Below, in pieces: positions 1-8,540 of a stretch of DNA of 49,434 bases (the first letter of the stretch is position 1; each line of letters starts with the position of its first letter). This DNA is from a virus. Taxonomy: Duplodnaviria > Caudoviricetes. The stretch lies in IMG/VR virus record IMGVR_UViG_3300031836_000014, positions 1 through 49,434 of that record; one strand, given 5' to 3'. Under the pieces are notes generated by a model. That model was not told the DNA's origin, did not search any database, and saw only the letters and a program-made list of their open reading frames with translations. Position numbers and translations under genes: made by a program.

Positions 1-514
1 ACTCTTCGCCCCTCAGCGCCCCGGCAGCCAAGCCCTGCGACAACTGAGTAATAGACGCTGCCGTCTCTGCAGCGGTCGCGCCAGATACTGCAAACGACTG
101 ATTAATCGTTGTCGTTAGACCGATCAGGTCTGATTGGGACAGCCCAAGCTCTGTTGACGACCTTGCCAGCCTAGCGTACAGATTCGCAGTTGATTCAAAA
201 CTCGCCCGCGTGTCATTTGCGACATTGCCCAACCTTACCTGGATAGCCTCAAGCTCTGCCGTTCCGTTTGTAACTTGGCGCAACTGGTTAGCGACGTTTT
301 GCCAGATATCGGCGTACTGGATTATCTCGCGCACGCCAATAGAGGCAATCACACCGGTTAAGGCCGCCTTTAAAGCGGTGCTTGCTGCAGAAAGTTGTCT
401 GTTGGATCGTTCGGCCCGGCCCTGCGCGGTGTCCATTCTGCGCAACTCGCGGGTCGCGCCCCTAATTCCAGAACTGTCAACGATAAAGCCTAAGCTGGCG
501 AGATCTTCGGACAT
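1..514 (-). CDS. Tail tape measure protein, N-terminal part (runs off the window start; continues at the window end)
   Basis: ATG at 514 after a GGAG RBS; translates MSEDLASLGFIVDSSG...ARLARSSTELGLSQ...QLSQGLAAGALRGEE, a typical tape-measure N-terminal domain; follows the tail chaperones. Not in the ORF track because it is truncated. Confidence 0.92.
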   Translation of the reverse strand, partial: MSEDLASLGFIVDSSGIRGATRELRRMDTAQGRAERSNRQLSAASTALKAALTGVIASIGVREIIQYADIWQNVANQLRQVTNGTAELEAIQVRLGNVANDTRASFESTANLYARLARSSTELGLSQSDLIGLTTTINQSFAVSGATAAETAASITQLSQGLAAGALRGEE

Positions 515-553
515 TACACTCTCCTGTTAAGCTTAGCTGGATATGATTCCAAT

Positions 554-582
554 AAAAAGCCCGCCGAAGCGAGCCTTTTTTT
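554..582 (-). terminator. Rho-independent terminator after the lipoprotein moron
   Basis: - strand GCTCGC-TTCG-GCGGGC followed by TTTTT; T-runs on both sides, so possibly bidirectional. Confidence 0.7.
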
Positions 583-598
583 CGTGCGATTTATTTTC

Positions 599-916
599 CT
601 AAGGCGACCTTACAAATACGTCCATCCCTCCGCTTGGCGTATTAAACCAAAGCTCATCAAGCAGCATTGTGATTTCGCCTTCTACAAATATACCGCCCCT
701 CTGCATTGTCAGTCTGGCCTTCCCTTCACCTATAGGCTCCCATTCGCAAACCATCCCGCCTCCTTTAGTCATGAAGTATCGACATCCGCCTCCTTCGGAA
801 AGGCGGATAGAGTTACCCGTGTACTTACTGTCCCACTCCCCAAGAAGCGGGCTTGGCTTGTCTTCCCCACATCCCGCCAGAAGCAGCGCCGCTAATAAAG
901 CAAAAATAATCCGCAT
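599..916 (-). CDS. Small lipoprotein, moron-like (possible superinfection exclusion)
   Basis: MRIIFALLAALLLAGC signal peptide with LAGC lipobox; sits between tail chaperone and tape measure with its own terminator. Confidence 0.7.
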   Translation of the reverse strand: MRIIFALLAALLLAGCGEDKPSPLLGEWDSKYTGNSIRLSEGGGCRYFMTKGGGMVCEWEPIGEGKARLTMQRGGIFVEGEITMLLDELWFNTPSGGMDVFVRSP

Positions 917-1001
917 AATCCAGCCTCTCGTTGATATACAACGACTGTAGCAGATTATTACCGCTAGCTCATTCAGGCTAAAAGGCTGGCTAGGTCTTCC
1001 A

Positions 1002-1466
1002 TTAGTTTTTGGCCTTTTTAGCTAGCTCTGCGGATTTGTCACGACTTTCGGAAAGGCGGTCTTGCATGGCCTTTAATGTAGATTCATTGCGCTCGATATA
1101 AGGCACATTGTCTGCAATGTCAGACTGCCGACCTCCTTTTGCCAGCCAGCTTGCGTACTCTCTTGACATGCGCGAAATGGCCTGACGATCCCAGAGCGTG
1201 CAAGCGCCCCCGGTTGACCGGTCGTATGACTCAATCTCGGCCCACGTCAGTGCTGACCCGCCCGGGGCAACGCCCGCTTCAGAAAGCCATTGAGTGAGGT
1301 ATTCGAATCCGGATATGTCCGGCAAGCAAGTGTAAGGGTGGCCCTCGCCATATTGATCAAAGCGGGTTTGCCGGTTTTCTTTGCGCTGACGATCCGGCAC
1401 AGAATGCAGCCACCCCAGTTGAGCCGCCCACAGACTTAATCCGTCAGCGACTTCCCGATAAAATTT
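1002..1466 (-). CDS. Tail assembly chaperone C-terminal extension (lambda gpT-like, made as a G-T fusion by -1 frameshift)
   Basis: The -1 frame is open from the slippery site: FYREVADGLSLWAAQLGWLHSVPDRQRK..., continuous with track ORF 1002..1400; lies directly upstream of the tape measure gene. Confidence 0.8.
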   Translation of the reverse strand, partial: KFYREVADGLSLWAAQLGWLHSVPDRQRKENRQTRFDQYGEGHPYTCLPDISGFEYLTQWLSEAGVAPGGSALTWAEIESYDRSTGGACTLWDRQAISRMSREYASWLAKGGRQSDIADNVPYIERNESTLKAMQDRLSESRDKSAELAKKAKN

Positions 1467-1843
1467 TCCTGGTTCATCAAATACCGAAGGGACTGGATTC
1501 GGATATCCTTATATTGGGTGTACATTTCAACCAGCTTTTCGCGGTCTGGCTTGTCATATCCGGGGATATTTTCAACATCAAGCGTAATTCGCGCAAACAG
1601 ATGGGCATCTTCTTTGGCCACCTCCTTTGCAGAACGAGTGTCCTTTTTGCCCGCGTGGCGCATAGCCTTGCGCTGGAACTCTGTCCACACGTCGCTATCA
1701 GGACCTTTGAGCTTGATGCGTAGCGGGTTGCCCTTGCCATCATAAGCAAGGTCTCCGTCGGTGCCTGGTACAGCAAGGTGAAGCCACGAACCGGACTCGG
1801 ATGCAGATTCTGTGTCAAACATGGAGAGTAAATTGTCAGCCAT
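1436..1843 (-). CDS. Tail assembly chaperone (lambda gpG-like)
   Basis: 135 aa ORF between major tail protein and tape measure, ending ...NQENF at a slippery heptamer. Confidence 0.8.
   Translation of the reverse strand: MADNLLSMFDTESASESGSWLHLAVPGTDGDLAYDGKGNPLRIKLKGPDSDVWTEFQRKAMRHAGKKDTRSAKEVAKEDAHLFARITLDVENIPGYDKPDREKLVEMYTQYKDIRIQSLRYLMNQENFIGKSLTD
1460..1466 (-). promoter_or_regulatory. Programmed -1 ribosomal frameshift site A AAT TTT
   Basis: Codons GAA AAT TTT give an X XXY YYZ heptamer; the -1 frame joins the downstream ORF. Confidence 0.8.
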
Positions 1844-1934
1844 ATCTCATATCTCGCGATAGGTGCATTCGGGGAAGGTGACGGGCAGGCGGTGAATGAA
1901 GCCGCTTTTCGGTTTCCCTAGCCCGCCGAAACGG

Positions 1935-2276
1935 TTATACGGTTAGCAGTTTCGCAATCGCACCATCGGCGCCAGTCAGCGTAATTGTGCCGGTCAGGTA
2001 TTTGCTGATGCTTGTCAGCGGAATGGCGATCTCTATGCCAATTGCAATTGAGGGCACGTCATAGCCTCCGGACACGTCCACACTGCCGACGCCGGGCACG
2101 CCAACAGTGGTGGCCGAGTCACCCAAAATGTTGGGAGTGATGGGACTGGCGGCGTCGTTGAGGATGAGCAGAACGTCACCGTCACTGAACGTGAATGTAT
2201 CCGATGCGCCGAGCGTTGTTTCTGAAATGACTCGCGAGCCAGACCCGGTTAGTGCTGTTTTTGCAATGGTAGCCAT
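1935..2276 (-). CDS. Putative virion structural protein (beta-rich, possible tail decoration)
   Basis: 113 aa Thr/Gly/Ser-rich ORF with AGGAG RBS directly after the major tail protein. Confidence 0.55.
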   Translation of the reverse strand: MATIAKTALTGSGSRVISETTLGASDTFTFSDGDVLLILNDAASPITPNILGDSATTVGVPGVGSVDVSGGYDVPSIAIGIEIAIPLTSISKYLTGTITLTGADGAIAKLLTV

Positions 2277-2285
2277 GCTTACTCC

Positions 2286-2741
2286 TTATGGCGCTGCAAC
2301 GCGCACGATTGGTGTGTTGATCTCAACCTGAACCGTTGACCCGACCATGCTGTTTGCGGAGCCTGGGGCTTTCGTGTAGCTGAAAATACGGCAGCTGTAA
2401 TAGTCGATTGAGCCATCTTGGAACAGGACCTTCACCGCGTGCTGCTGGTTTTTGGTGGCGCCCTCTACGCCTGCGGCCAAAACCTGCTGACCAGCGTCCG
2501 CAGAGTCAAACTCCAAACCCATGGACTGAGACCCGTAGTTGACGAAACCCTTGTATTTTTCAGTAACGCCGGTGGCGAGCGGGTTGGACTCAACCACTTG
2601 AACGTTCGGGCCGTATTCAGGCAAATCAATAACTTCGCCGACTTCGACAAATGAGAGCGCTGCGTAACCGGCCTCATCAAACGTGGCCGGGTCGCCCGCC
2701 ACAACTGATAGCTTTGTTCCTGTGCTGGTAATCTTGGCCAT
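2286..2741 (-). CDS. Major tail (tube) protein
   Basis: Likely start MAKITSTGTKLSV at 2741 (GGAGG RBS); PATFDEAGYAAL...EVGEV...KYKGFVNYG motifs typical of siphophage tail tube proteins; position after the tail terminator. Confidence 0.85.
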   Translation of the reverse strand: MAKITSTGTKLSVVAGDPATFDEAGYAALSFVEVGEVIDLPEYGPNVQVVESNPLATGVTEKYKGFVNYGSQSMGLEFDSADAGQQVLAAGVEGATKNQQHAVKVLFQDGSIDYYSCRIFSYTKAPGSANSMVGSTVQVEINTPIVRVAAP

Positions 2742-2783
2742 GGTGGGCCTCCGTAAATAAACGTTGATGTTTTCTTCGGACAC

Positions 2784-2809
2784 AAAAAAACCCGCTCACG
2801 GCGGGCTTT
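2784..2809 (-). terminator. Rho-independent terminator upstream of the major tail gene
   Basis: - strand CCCGC-CGTGA-GCGGG followed by T7. Confidence 0.7.
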
Positions 2810-2844
2810 ATTGATTCTTTGGTGTTTTACCTCATTTGCACGAA

Positions 2845-2876
2845 AAGCCTCAGCCTTTAGGCAGGGAGGATGTCAA
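2845..2876 (+). mobile_element. Solo IS200/IS605-family end-like hairpin (no tnpA/tnpB)
   Basis: AAGCCTCAGCCTTTAGGCAGGGAGGATGTCAA resembles the CCTTTAGGGCGGGGAGGATGTCAA-type subterminal hairpin ending in TCAA found at IS605/tnpB element ends (recognised from memory). Confidence 0.5.
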
Positions 2877-2887
2877 GAACAACTATT

Positions 2888-2928
2888 TGAGGTTTCCTCC
2901 GTCCACAATATGAGGTTTCCCCCGTCCA
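2888..2928. repeat. 18-bp direct repeat x2 (period 23)
   Basis: TGAGGTTTCCTCCGTCCA (2888-2905) and TGAGGTTTCCCCCGTCCA (2911-2928), one mismatch. Confidence 0.85.
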
Positions 2929-2945
2929 ATGGAAACTGCAGCAAA

Positions 2946-3341
2946 TTATCCAGTGTATGGCACTGTTACCATAATCATCAGCCGGTCAGGCTCTGAATTG
3001 ATCTCAACGCTGTACGGGTGACGCTGAACTCGCACAAGGCCTGCGATAGTCGCGTTTTTTGGGTAGAGCGCCTTGATTTGGCCGGCCAGCGTATTGATAC
3101 CGATAATGCCGGCACCCGGGCGCGCAAACACGTTAACCTGGAATATGCCTTGGGGCACGGTCGCGTCTGTTGGGGCAAGACCGTTGTCGATGCCTTGGTT
3201 CGGCATGAACAGAACCTCCAGCCAGTAACCGGTCTCTGGCGGCGCGAAGTTCCGGCCAGGCCATGCTATCGGATGGGATAAGGGCGCGCCGGCCAGCGTA
3301 GAAAACAGGCTGCCGGCTATTTCGTTATTCGTTGGTGTCAC
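2946..3341 (-). CDS. Tail terminator protein (DUF4128-like)
   Basis: PIAWP...F.PP...WLEV...QGIFQVNVF.RPGAG pattern; last neck gene before the tail tube. Confidence 0.75.
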   Translation of the reverse strand: MTPTNNEIAGSLFSTLAGAPLSHPIAWPGRNFAPPETGYWLEVLFMPNQGIDNGLAPTDATVPQGIFQVNVFARPGAGIIGINTLAGQIKALYPKNATIAGLVRVQRHPYSVEINSEPDRLMIMVTVPYTG

Positions 3342-3730
3342 CGGTTAACCCTCGCTTTTACTTTTCTGGCGGCTTTGTTGACGATTTGCGTCCAGTTCTG
3401 AGCGGCGTGCCGGACGAAGCTGTACTTGGCCTCCATATTCACACTGTATTTTGCCGCCCACCCAAAAACGACTCGGTCCCCGAGCTTTGCTCGGTTCAAA
3501 ACAATGCTTATGGGCCCGCTTGTATAGGGCGTTTCGCCGTTCCCGCTCGGCGTTGAATTTATTTCTGCACCAAAGCTGTTTCTCAGAAATCCAGTTCGGA
3601 CTGGCATACGGCCGTTTTTGGCGACTGGTGTCTGAACCTCGGCAGCAATGTCTTGTGCTGCGGTCTTCCACACGGCGTCCAGTCTAGCGTGTGACTTTGC
3701 CACCCATTCTCCGACTGTTAATTGCGCCAT
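3338..3730 (-). CDS. Tail completion / neck protein (HK97 gp10-like)
   Basis: GRMPVRTGFLRNS motif and YSVNME...FVRHAAQNW. Confidence 0.8.
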   Translation of the reverse strand: MAQLTVGEWVAKSHARLDAVWKTAAQDIAAEVQTPVAKNGRMPVRTGFLRNSFGAEINSTPSGNGETPYTSGPISIVLNRAKLGDRVVFGWAAKYSVNMEAKYSFVRHAAQNWTQIVNKAARKVKARVNR

Positions 3731-4758
3731 TATCCAAACCCCTCAATTCGCGCAACGCGTGCGCCGAAATCTATCGTCGTCCTTGAAATACAGCGGCACG
3801 AAATTGTGATGCTCGCAGGCGCTCCCAAAGAGCTGTCACCAGGATATCGAAGCTGATAGCCGCCCACCGTAAACGGCTGATTGCCGCTCACCTTCTGCCC
3901 TTCGGCAAACATATGCGTCCTCCTGGTACGGGCGTCATTTGTTGCATCCCATGCGCGGGAAACGTCCGTTTCTTGCACGTTGCCTTCGGTCATCGCCTGG
4001 ACTATGGATTCATGCTGACCGGCCCGAAGCGCATTAATGGATTCGGTTCTTGCGATTACGTCGCCCCGATACTTAATAGTCCTGGCCTGCAAAGCCGTTA
4101 TCATGCGCTCAATTTTGTCTTTCGGTATCGGCGTATTTGTTCTTATGGCCTTTTTGACTGTGCGATCAAACCGGCGATCTCTGAGTTTTCTGTCAAAGTA
4201 CCCAGCATCAAGGCCTTCTAGCTGTTCGCGGGCACTGGACACCCACTCGGCCTGCCGGCTGGTCATTCCGATAAAGCCGCCCTCGCGCCTACGTGTGACG
4301 CGATTCAGGCGCCCTACAAGATCCAGTGCAGACTGACGCGGATTGGTGCCGTTAATCAGTGCGGCTGTGAGCCTTTGGCGAACCATGTCCTTTTGGTCCT
4401 GGTTGACCTCCGTAATTAGCCGCGATGAATTCTCGCGCAACCACTGCTCGGCTCTCGGCTGGCGAATGTCGAAACGGAAAGCCAGGGATATATCGCCCTT
4501 TGGGATGCGGCCAACTTGCTTTGCCCCCACTGTGCCGCCCTCAGAGTACGAGGACTGTATCGCCGATTGCAGCGGGGCGAATGATGCCTCGGCAATGCCA
4601 AGGGTCAGCAAGACGATCTCAAGGTCGCCTGCGTCGATGCTGTCAGCAAGCTCTTTAATAATGACCGCGCTTTTTATGCCGTCCACAATATCCGTGAACG
4701 CCTTCCGCATCTCACGCTCTTTGTCAGCTGCGATTTGATTGAGGTTAATGGTTGCCAT
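3730..4758 (-). CDS. Minor head / head morphogenesis protein (Mu gpF, SPP1 gp7 family)
   Basis: C-terminal IARTE...W.AT.D.RTR.TH...GQ...PF......LRYPGD......ISCRC motif. Confidence 0.85.
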   Translation of the reverse strand: MATINLNQIAADKEREMRKAFTDIVDGIKSAVIIKELADSIDAGDLEIVLLTLGIAEASFAPLQSAIQSSYSEGGTVGAKQVGRIPKGDISLAFRFDIRQPRAEQWLRENSSRLITEVNQDQKDMVRQRLTAALINGTNPRQSALDLVGRLNRVTRRREGGFIGMTSRQAEWVSSAREQLEGLDAGYFDRKLRDRRFDRTVKKAIRTNTPIPKDKIERMITALQARTIKYRGDVIARTESINALRAGQHESIVQAMTEGNVQETDVSRAWDATNDARTRRTHMFAEGQKVSGNQPFTVGGYQLRYPGDSSLGAPASITISCRCISRTTIDFGARVARIEGFG

Positions 4759-5150
4759 TACGACTTAATTTCCAATTCATAAAGCACATCCGCACCGGCG
4801 GGCGACAGCGGGCGCACTTCGATAATCGGCTGCCATGGACTGGACTCATCGGGAGCATCCACGCCCGGGGCAATCGTATCTGACTTTTTCGGCGCAAATC
4901 CGGTGGCGGCAAAGGTCAGCGTGCGGCGGGTTGACGCCACGTAACTACCATCCTCAGCTCGAACCCGGTTGTTCTGCTGAATGACGCGCACCACTGCATA
5001 CTCCGGCGTAAGAGTTCCGCTGTCCGGGTCCCACGGCACGCCACCGGTTATGACCTCACGACGAATGCTTGCCGGATAACCCGCGTCGGTCGAACCCACA
5101 GATTTAATGGCCTCATCAACCTCTGCGGCGATTGCTGCCCAGTCCTCCAT
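4758..5150 (-). CDS. Head closure / head-tail joining protein
   Basis: 130 aa, follows the adaptor; G.PWDP and VRPLSPAG..VLYEL motifs; TAATG coupling. Confidence 0.65.
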   Translation of the reverse strand: MEDWAAIAAEVDEAIKSVGSTDAGYPASIRREVITGGVPWDPDSGTLTPEYAVVRVIQQNNRVRAEDGSYVASTRRTLTFAATGFAPKKSDTIAPGVDAPDESSPWQPIIEVRPLSPAGADVLYELEIKS

Positions 5151-5626
5151 TACGACACCACCATTGCAGCGGGCAGGTCGTTGGGTGTCAGCAGTGGCGC
5201 CAGAAGGTTATCGATCGTGGTCGACACCGGGGATGATGCGCGGTCGCCCTTCGTGTTGCCGGTATAGGTCCATTTTATCGGCCCGACAGATGTCAGTACC
5301 TTCTTCTCAGACTCGGTGAACGTCTTCGAGAAGAACCCCGGCGTGCGCATTTCTATCAGCGCGGCTTCATACGCAGAATTGATTACGCGCTGCGGCACGG
5401 CCGTGTCGTTAACGGCATTACCATAACGGTCTGTGGCACCTTTACGTGGCCATGAGCGCTCCTGATCTACGCCCCCGGAAGGAGATCCAGGCCAGCGACG
5501 GTAATAGTGCCCATCCAGGTACACGGAGCCGCGTAGGCGAGCTGCCGACACAGTGCCGTCAGGCACGTCGTACCCGTTGGCCGCAACGTAATCCGCGAAT
5601 CCTGAATCGTCTCCGTAACCTGGCAT
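5150..5626 (-). CDS. Head-tail adaptor protein (DnaT-like phage family)
   Basis: YG...F..Y...GY...ARLRGSVYLD...Q.RSWPR...VP.RV..A.YEAAL...VGPIKWTY pattern. Confidence 0.75.
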   Translation of the reverse strand: MPGYGDDSGFADYVAANGYDVPDGTVSAARLRGSVYLDGHYYRRWPGSPSGGVDQERSWPRKGATDRYGNAVNDTAVPQRVINSAYEAALIEMRTPGFFSKTFTESEKKVLTSVGPIKWTYTGNTKGDRASSPVSTTIDNLLAPLLTPNDLPAAMVVS

Positions 5627-5629
5627 GGG

Positions 5630-5866
5630 TTATTCCTCGCTCTTTTTCTTGGGCTTTGCTGGCTTTGACGTTTCCGGCTGCGGATCTGCGGCGCCCGGAG
5701 TGGTGATTTTCACGCCTTGGCTGGCAAAGCTTTTAATCTGCTCTTTGCTCAGTTCGCCGGCATTCTTAACGGTTGCCGTCTTACCTGCCTTGACCACTTC
5801 TAGCCCGCCGTAGACCTTAATGGCCTTGTCGCGACTGGAGCCGTTTTCAATCTTGTACGTTGGCAT
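5630..5866 (-). CDS. Small head-associated hypothetical protein
   Basis: Start MPTYKIEN at 5866 with GGAGG RBS; Lys-rich C-terminus; directly after the capsid gene. Confidence 0.6.
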   Translation of the reverse strand: MPTYKIENGSSRDKAIKVYGGLEVVKAGKTATVKNAGELSKEQIKSFASQGVKITTPGAADPQPETSKPAKPKKKSEE

Positions 5867-5917
5867 GTTGATGCCTCCATTCGCTTGCAATATATGGCAA
5901 TGGCTTTAACTTGAAAG

Positions 5918-5943
5918 GCCGGGGCGACATTAGCCGCCCCGGC
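5918..5943 (-). terminator. Stem-loop after the major capsid gene
   Basis: GCCGGGGCG / CGCCCCGGC 9-bp perfect stem with a short T-run. Confidence 0.55.
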
Positions 5944-5966
5944 GCATATCTTGCAGTACTTTGGCT

Positions 5967-6983
5967 TTAGCTGGCAGTGCCTTTGCGTAGAACTTCTGGC
6001 CGCTGGCACAGAAATAATGGGTAAGAATAAAGCTCACCCTTAGTCCACGCTTGGCGGTCACGGTCAGGAATGTTCATGGCGTAAGTGTCTTGGCCGAGAG
6101 TGTTAACAAATCCGCCAAACTCAGCCGGCGCCATCGCCTTCTTGAACACGCCGTTTGCATTGACCGGGAAGAACTTCGCTTCGTCCGCCGCAATAGCCAC
6201 TACCGAATTATCATCGGTGCCCCGATAGTTCGAGAACGTGATGCCGCCATAAGTGAAATCACCAAATGCCTTCCCTTCGCGCAGATCGGATGCGGCAGCC
6301 CAGCCCTGATAAGTTGCAATAACCTGCTCATGGTTAATAAGCTTGTCGTAGAATTCATCGCCGACCAGAGCGTGAACCTTGGTGTTGGGTGTGAAAGCTC
6401 CGCGCGCGGATCGAGCCATGCCGCGAATGATCTCGGCGCATTTCGCTCGAATGTCGGTCGTTCCCGTGCTCAGTGCAAAGCTAACAGCGGCAGCTTCGGT
6501 TACACCAAAACGGTCAAAGTAGTCATAAATGACACTGGTGCCGTCTGCGTCCAGAAGCTTGCCTTGCAACGCGCCAAGGCGGTGATACTCATGAGTTAGC
6601 TCCATGTCCGCGCGAATGCGAGCCATGCGGCGCAAGAACTCGCCCTGAACCTGCTCCATTTCGGTTTCGGACCCAAATGCACGAATGCCTTGAATCTCTT
6701 CGGCATAGAGCGTAAACGCTTTAGCCAGTCGGGTTGTCTTCAGGGGCACAGCGTCGCGGTCATCGCCCGCAAGCTCTGAAGGTGGGGCACCGGTGGGGCT
6801 CGACGGAATCAGCGTTAAAGCGCCATCACGACGGTCCACAAACACGGTACGGGTGCGAACCGGCATAGGCTCGAAGATGTTCAGCTCGCCCAATAGCTGC
6901 GGCTGATAGTCCAACTTGTTCGCCACACCCGTCAGAGACGCCATGGAGAAGGCAGAGTTGTTAAAAATATCCATTGAAGCCAT
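5967..6983 (-). CDS. Major capsid protein (lambda gpE family)
   Basis: MDIFNNSAFSMASLT...ADEIQGIRAFG-like...THEYHRLGALQG...SYPLFLCQRPEVL; follows the decoration gene. Confidence 0.92.
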   Translation of the reverse strand: MASMDIFNNSAFSMASLTGVANKLDYQPQLLGELNIFEPMPVRTRTVFVDRRDGALTLIPSSPTGAPPSELAGDDRDAVPLKTTRLAKAFTLYAEEIQGIRAFGSETEMEQVQGEFLRRMARIRADMELTHEYHRLGALQGKLLDADGTSVIYDYFDRFGVTEAAAVSFALSTGTTDIRAKCAEIIRGMARSARGAFTPNTKVHALVGDEFYDKLINHEQVIATYQGWAAASDLREGKAFGDFTYGGITFSNYRGTDDNSVVAIAADEAKFFPVNANGVFKKAMAPAEFGGFVNTLGQDTYAMNIPDRDRQAWTKGELYSYPLFLCQRPEVLRKGTAS

Positions 6984-6995
6984 GTCTGCTTCTCC

Positions 6996-7364
6996 TTATT
7001 TGCGAACGATGATGCCGAGCGCGGCAAGTGCTGCGTCGGAAGTGGTGATCTGGGTGGCGTCAGCGCCAATCTCGTAAATCAGCTCGCTGCCATTTACTTC
7101 GGCGCTGCGGGCCACGATGGTGCGCTCCGCGGTTTCGCCCAGGCCGATACCTTCGTAAAGGATGCCCGCCTCATTTTCCGAGCCATTAGTGGCGCCGGCA
7201 GCGTGACGCACGTAATTGCCGCCCACCGTGACCTTACCGAGAATGGTGCCAGCCTCAAGGGCTGCAGCGGTGCCGTCTACAGTTACAGATTCGCGGGACA
7301 GGTAACCATTAGCCTCGCTCACAATAAAACCAGCCGTTCCCGGCCCTTTCACATTAATATCCAT
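6996..7364 (-). CDS. Head decoration protein (lambda gpD-like)
   Basis: FIVSEANGYLSRE...AGTILGK...GSE..AGILY...AALAALGIIVR. Confidence 0.85.
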   Translation of the reverse strand: MDINVKGPGTAGFIVSEANGYLSRESVTVDGTAAALEAGTILGKVTVGGNYVRHAAGATNGSENEAGILYEGIGLGETAERTIVARSAEVNGSELIYEIGADATQITTSDAALAALGIIVRK

Positions 7365-7366
7365 CG

Positions 7367-8515
7367 TTACGCTCCCTTCTTCATGGCGACACCGGCAGAC
7401 TTAAACGCAGAGTCTCCCCAAGCGCTTGCGCCGTCGTTGGATTTGACGCTGCCAGCTGTGCGCAGCGGGTCGGTGGTGGTGTCTGAATCTTCAACAAGGA
7501 TGTCAAAGCGCGCATCGATGTAGGCTTGAGACTTATCTTTAACGGCTTCATCGCCCAGCTTGGCAACCACGGCAGCTTTGCGAATATCTGCATCTGCTAC
7601 GCCGGCCGTCTTCAGGTCTTTGGCGATAGCGGAGGCCTTACCAACCAATTCGGCGCGATCCTGCACGCGCTTATCCAGTGCGGCGGCGTCCATTACCTTG
7701 CCTTTGGTGTCGTCAAGCTCGGCTTGGATTTTTGCAATCTCGGTGTCTTTTGCCTCAATTGCGGTGGCGTGATTCTTGGTGGCGTCATTCATGGCGTCTG
7801 CCATTTTAGACTTGAACGTTTCAATTGCGGGGGCATCCGAGGCAGCTACTTGCACCGCCTTGTCGCCCATCACCACAGTTATCATAGTCATGGTTGATCC
7901 TTCTGGTTTATGGTCGTGGTTGAGCGGGGCAATGCCCCATGCGCGGTCTTTCCCGCCGTCCGCCGCACCGTCTCCGATGCGGGTGTTTCCTGCTCTTGGG
8001 TTGTTGTCTGGAAGATACGCAACATGATTGAAACGAAGATCGCCGGATTGGCGGTATTGGTACGATTCGCCGTTCTCTGTAGTCCCATCACCGGGCATAA
8101 CGTCAACCGTGTAGCCGGCCGATAGCGATCGAGCGCCTTCCGATACTTCTTTCGCAGCCTTGGCGTCCATAATCGCCATGGAGGCAATAACGTGCTCGCC
8201 ATCGCGCCGAACTGTGCCGCCCATATGACCGACGGAAAGATCTCGCCAACTATTAGCAGATACGCCGTCAGGCGGATGCCCCCTCGTTACTGGTCGGCCG
8301 GCAAGAGACATCATGCTGTTCTCGTCAAACACAACGTCAGGGTCTCTATACACGCCCCATGTCTTGCTAGCATCGTCGCCAGTCAATCCAATCTCTGAAC
8401 CGAGATATTGCTGTACGTTACCGGCGCGCGAGACTCTCGCCTCACCTACTAGATATCCGTCACGCGTGAGCTTTAAGCCCGACGCGTCAAGCGTCATACT
8501 GTCTCTGATCTTCAT
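7367..8515 (-). CDS. Capsid maturation protease / scaffold (DUF2213 family)
   Basis: Likely start MKIRDSMTLD at 8515; DGYL...SRAG.QQYLG.E, VYRDPD.VF, PVT.GHP, SLSAGY, NHVA...RAG motifs; coiled-coil scaffold C-terminus. Confidence 0.85.
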   Translation of the reverse strand: MKIRDSMTLDASGLKLTRDGYLVGEARVSRAGNVQQYLGSEIGLTGDDASKTWGVYRDPDVVFDENSMMSLAGRPVTRGHPPDGVSANSWRDLSVGHMGGTVRRDGEHVIASMAIMDAKAAKEVSEGARSLSAGYTVDVMPGDGTTENGESYQYRQSGDLRFNHVAYLPDNNPRAGNTRIGDGAADGGKDRAWGIAPLNHDHKPEGSTMTMITVVMGDKAVQVAASDAPAIETFKSKMADAMNDATKNHATAIEAKDTEIAKIQAELDDTKGKVMDAAALDKRVQDRAELVGKASAIAKDLKTAGVADADIRKAAVVAKLGDEAVKDKSQAYIDARFDILVEDSDTTTDPLRTAGSVKSNDGASAWGDSAFKSAGVAMKKGA

Positions 8516-8540
8516 AGGTAATCCTTTTGGATTTCGCTGC

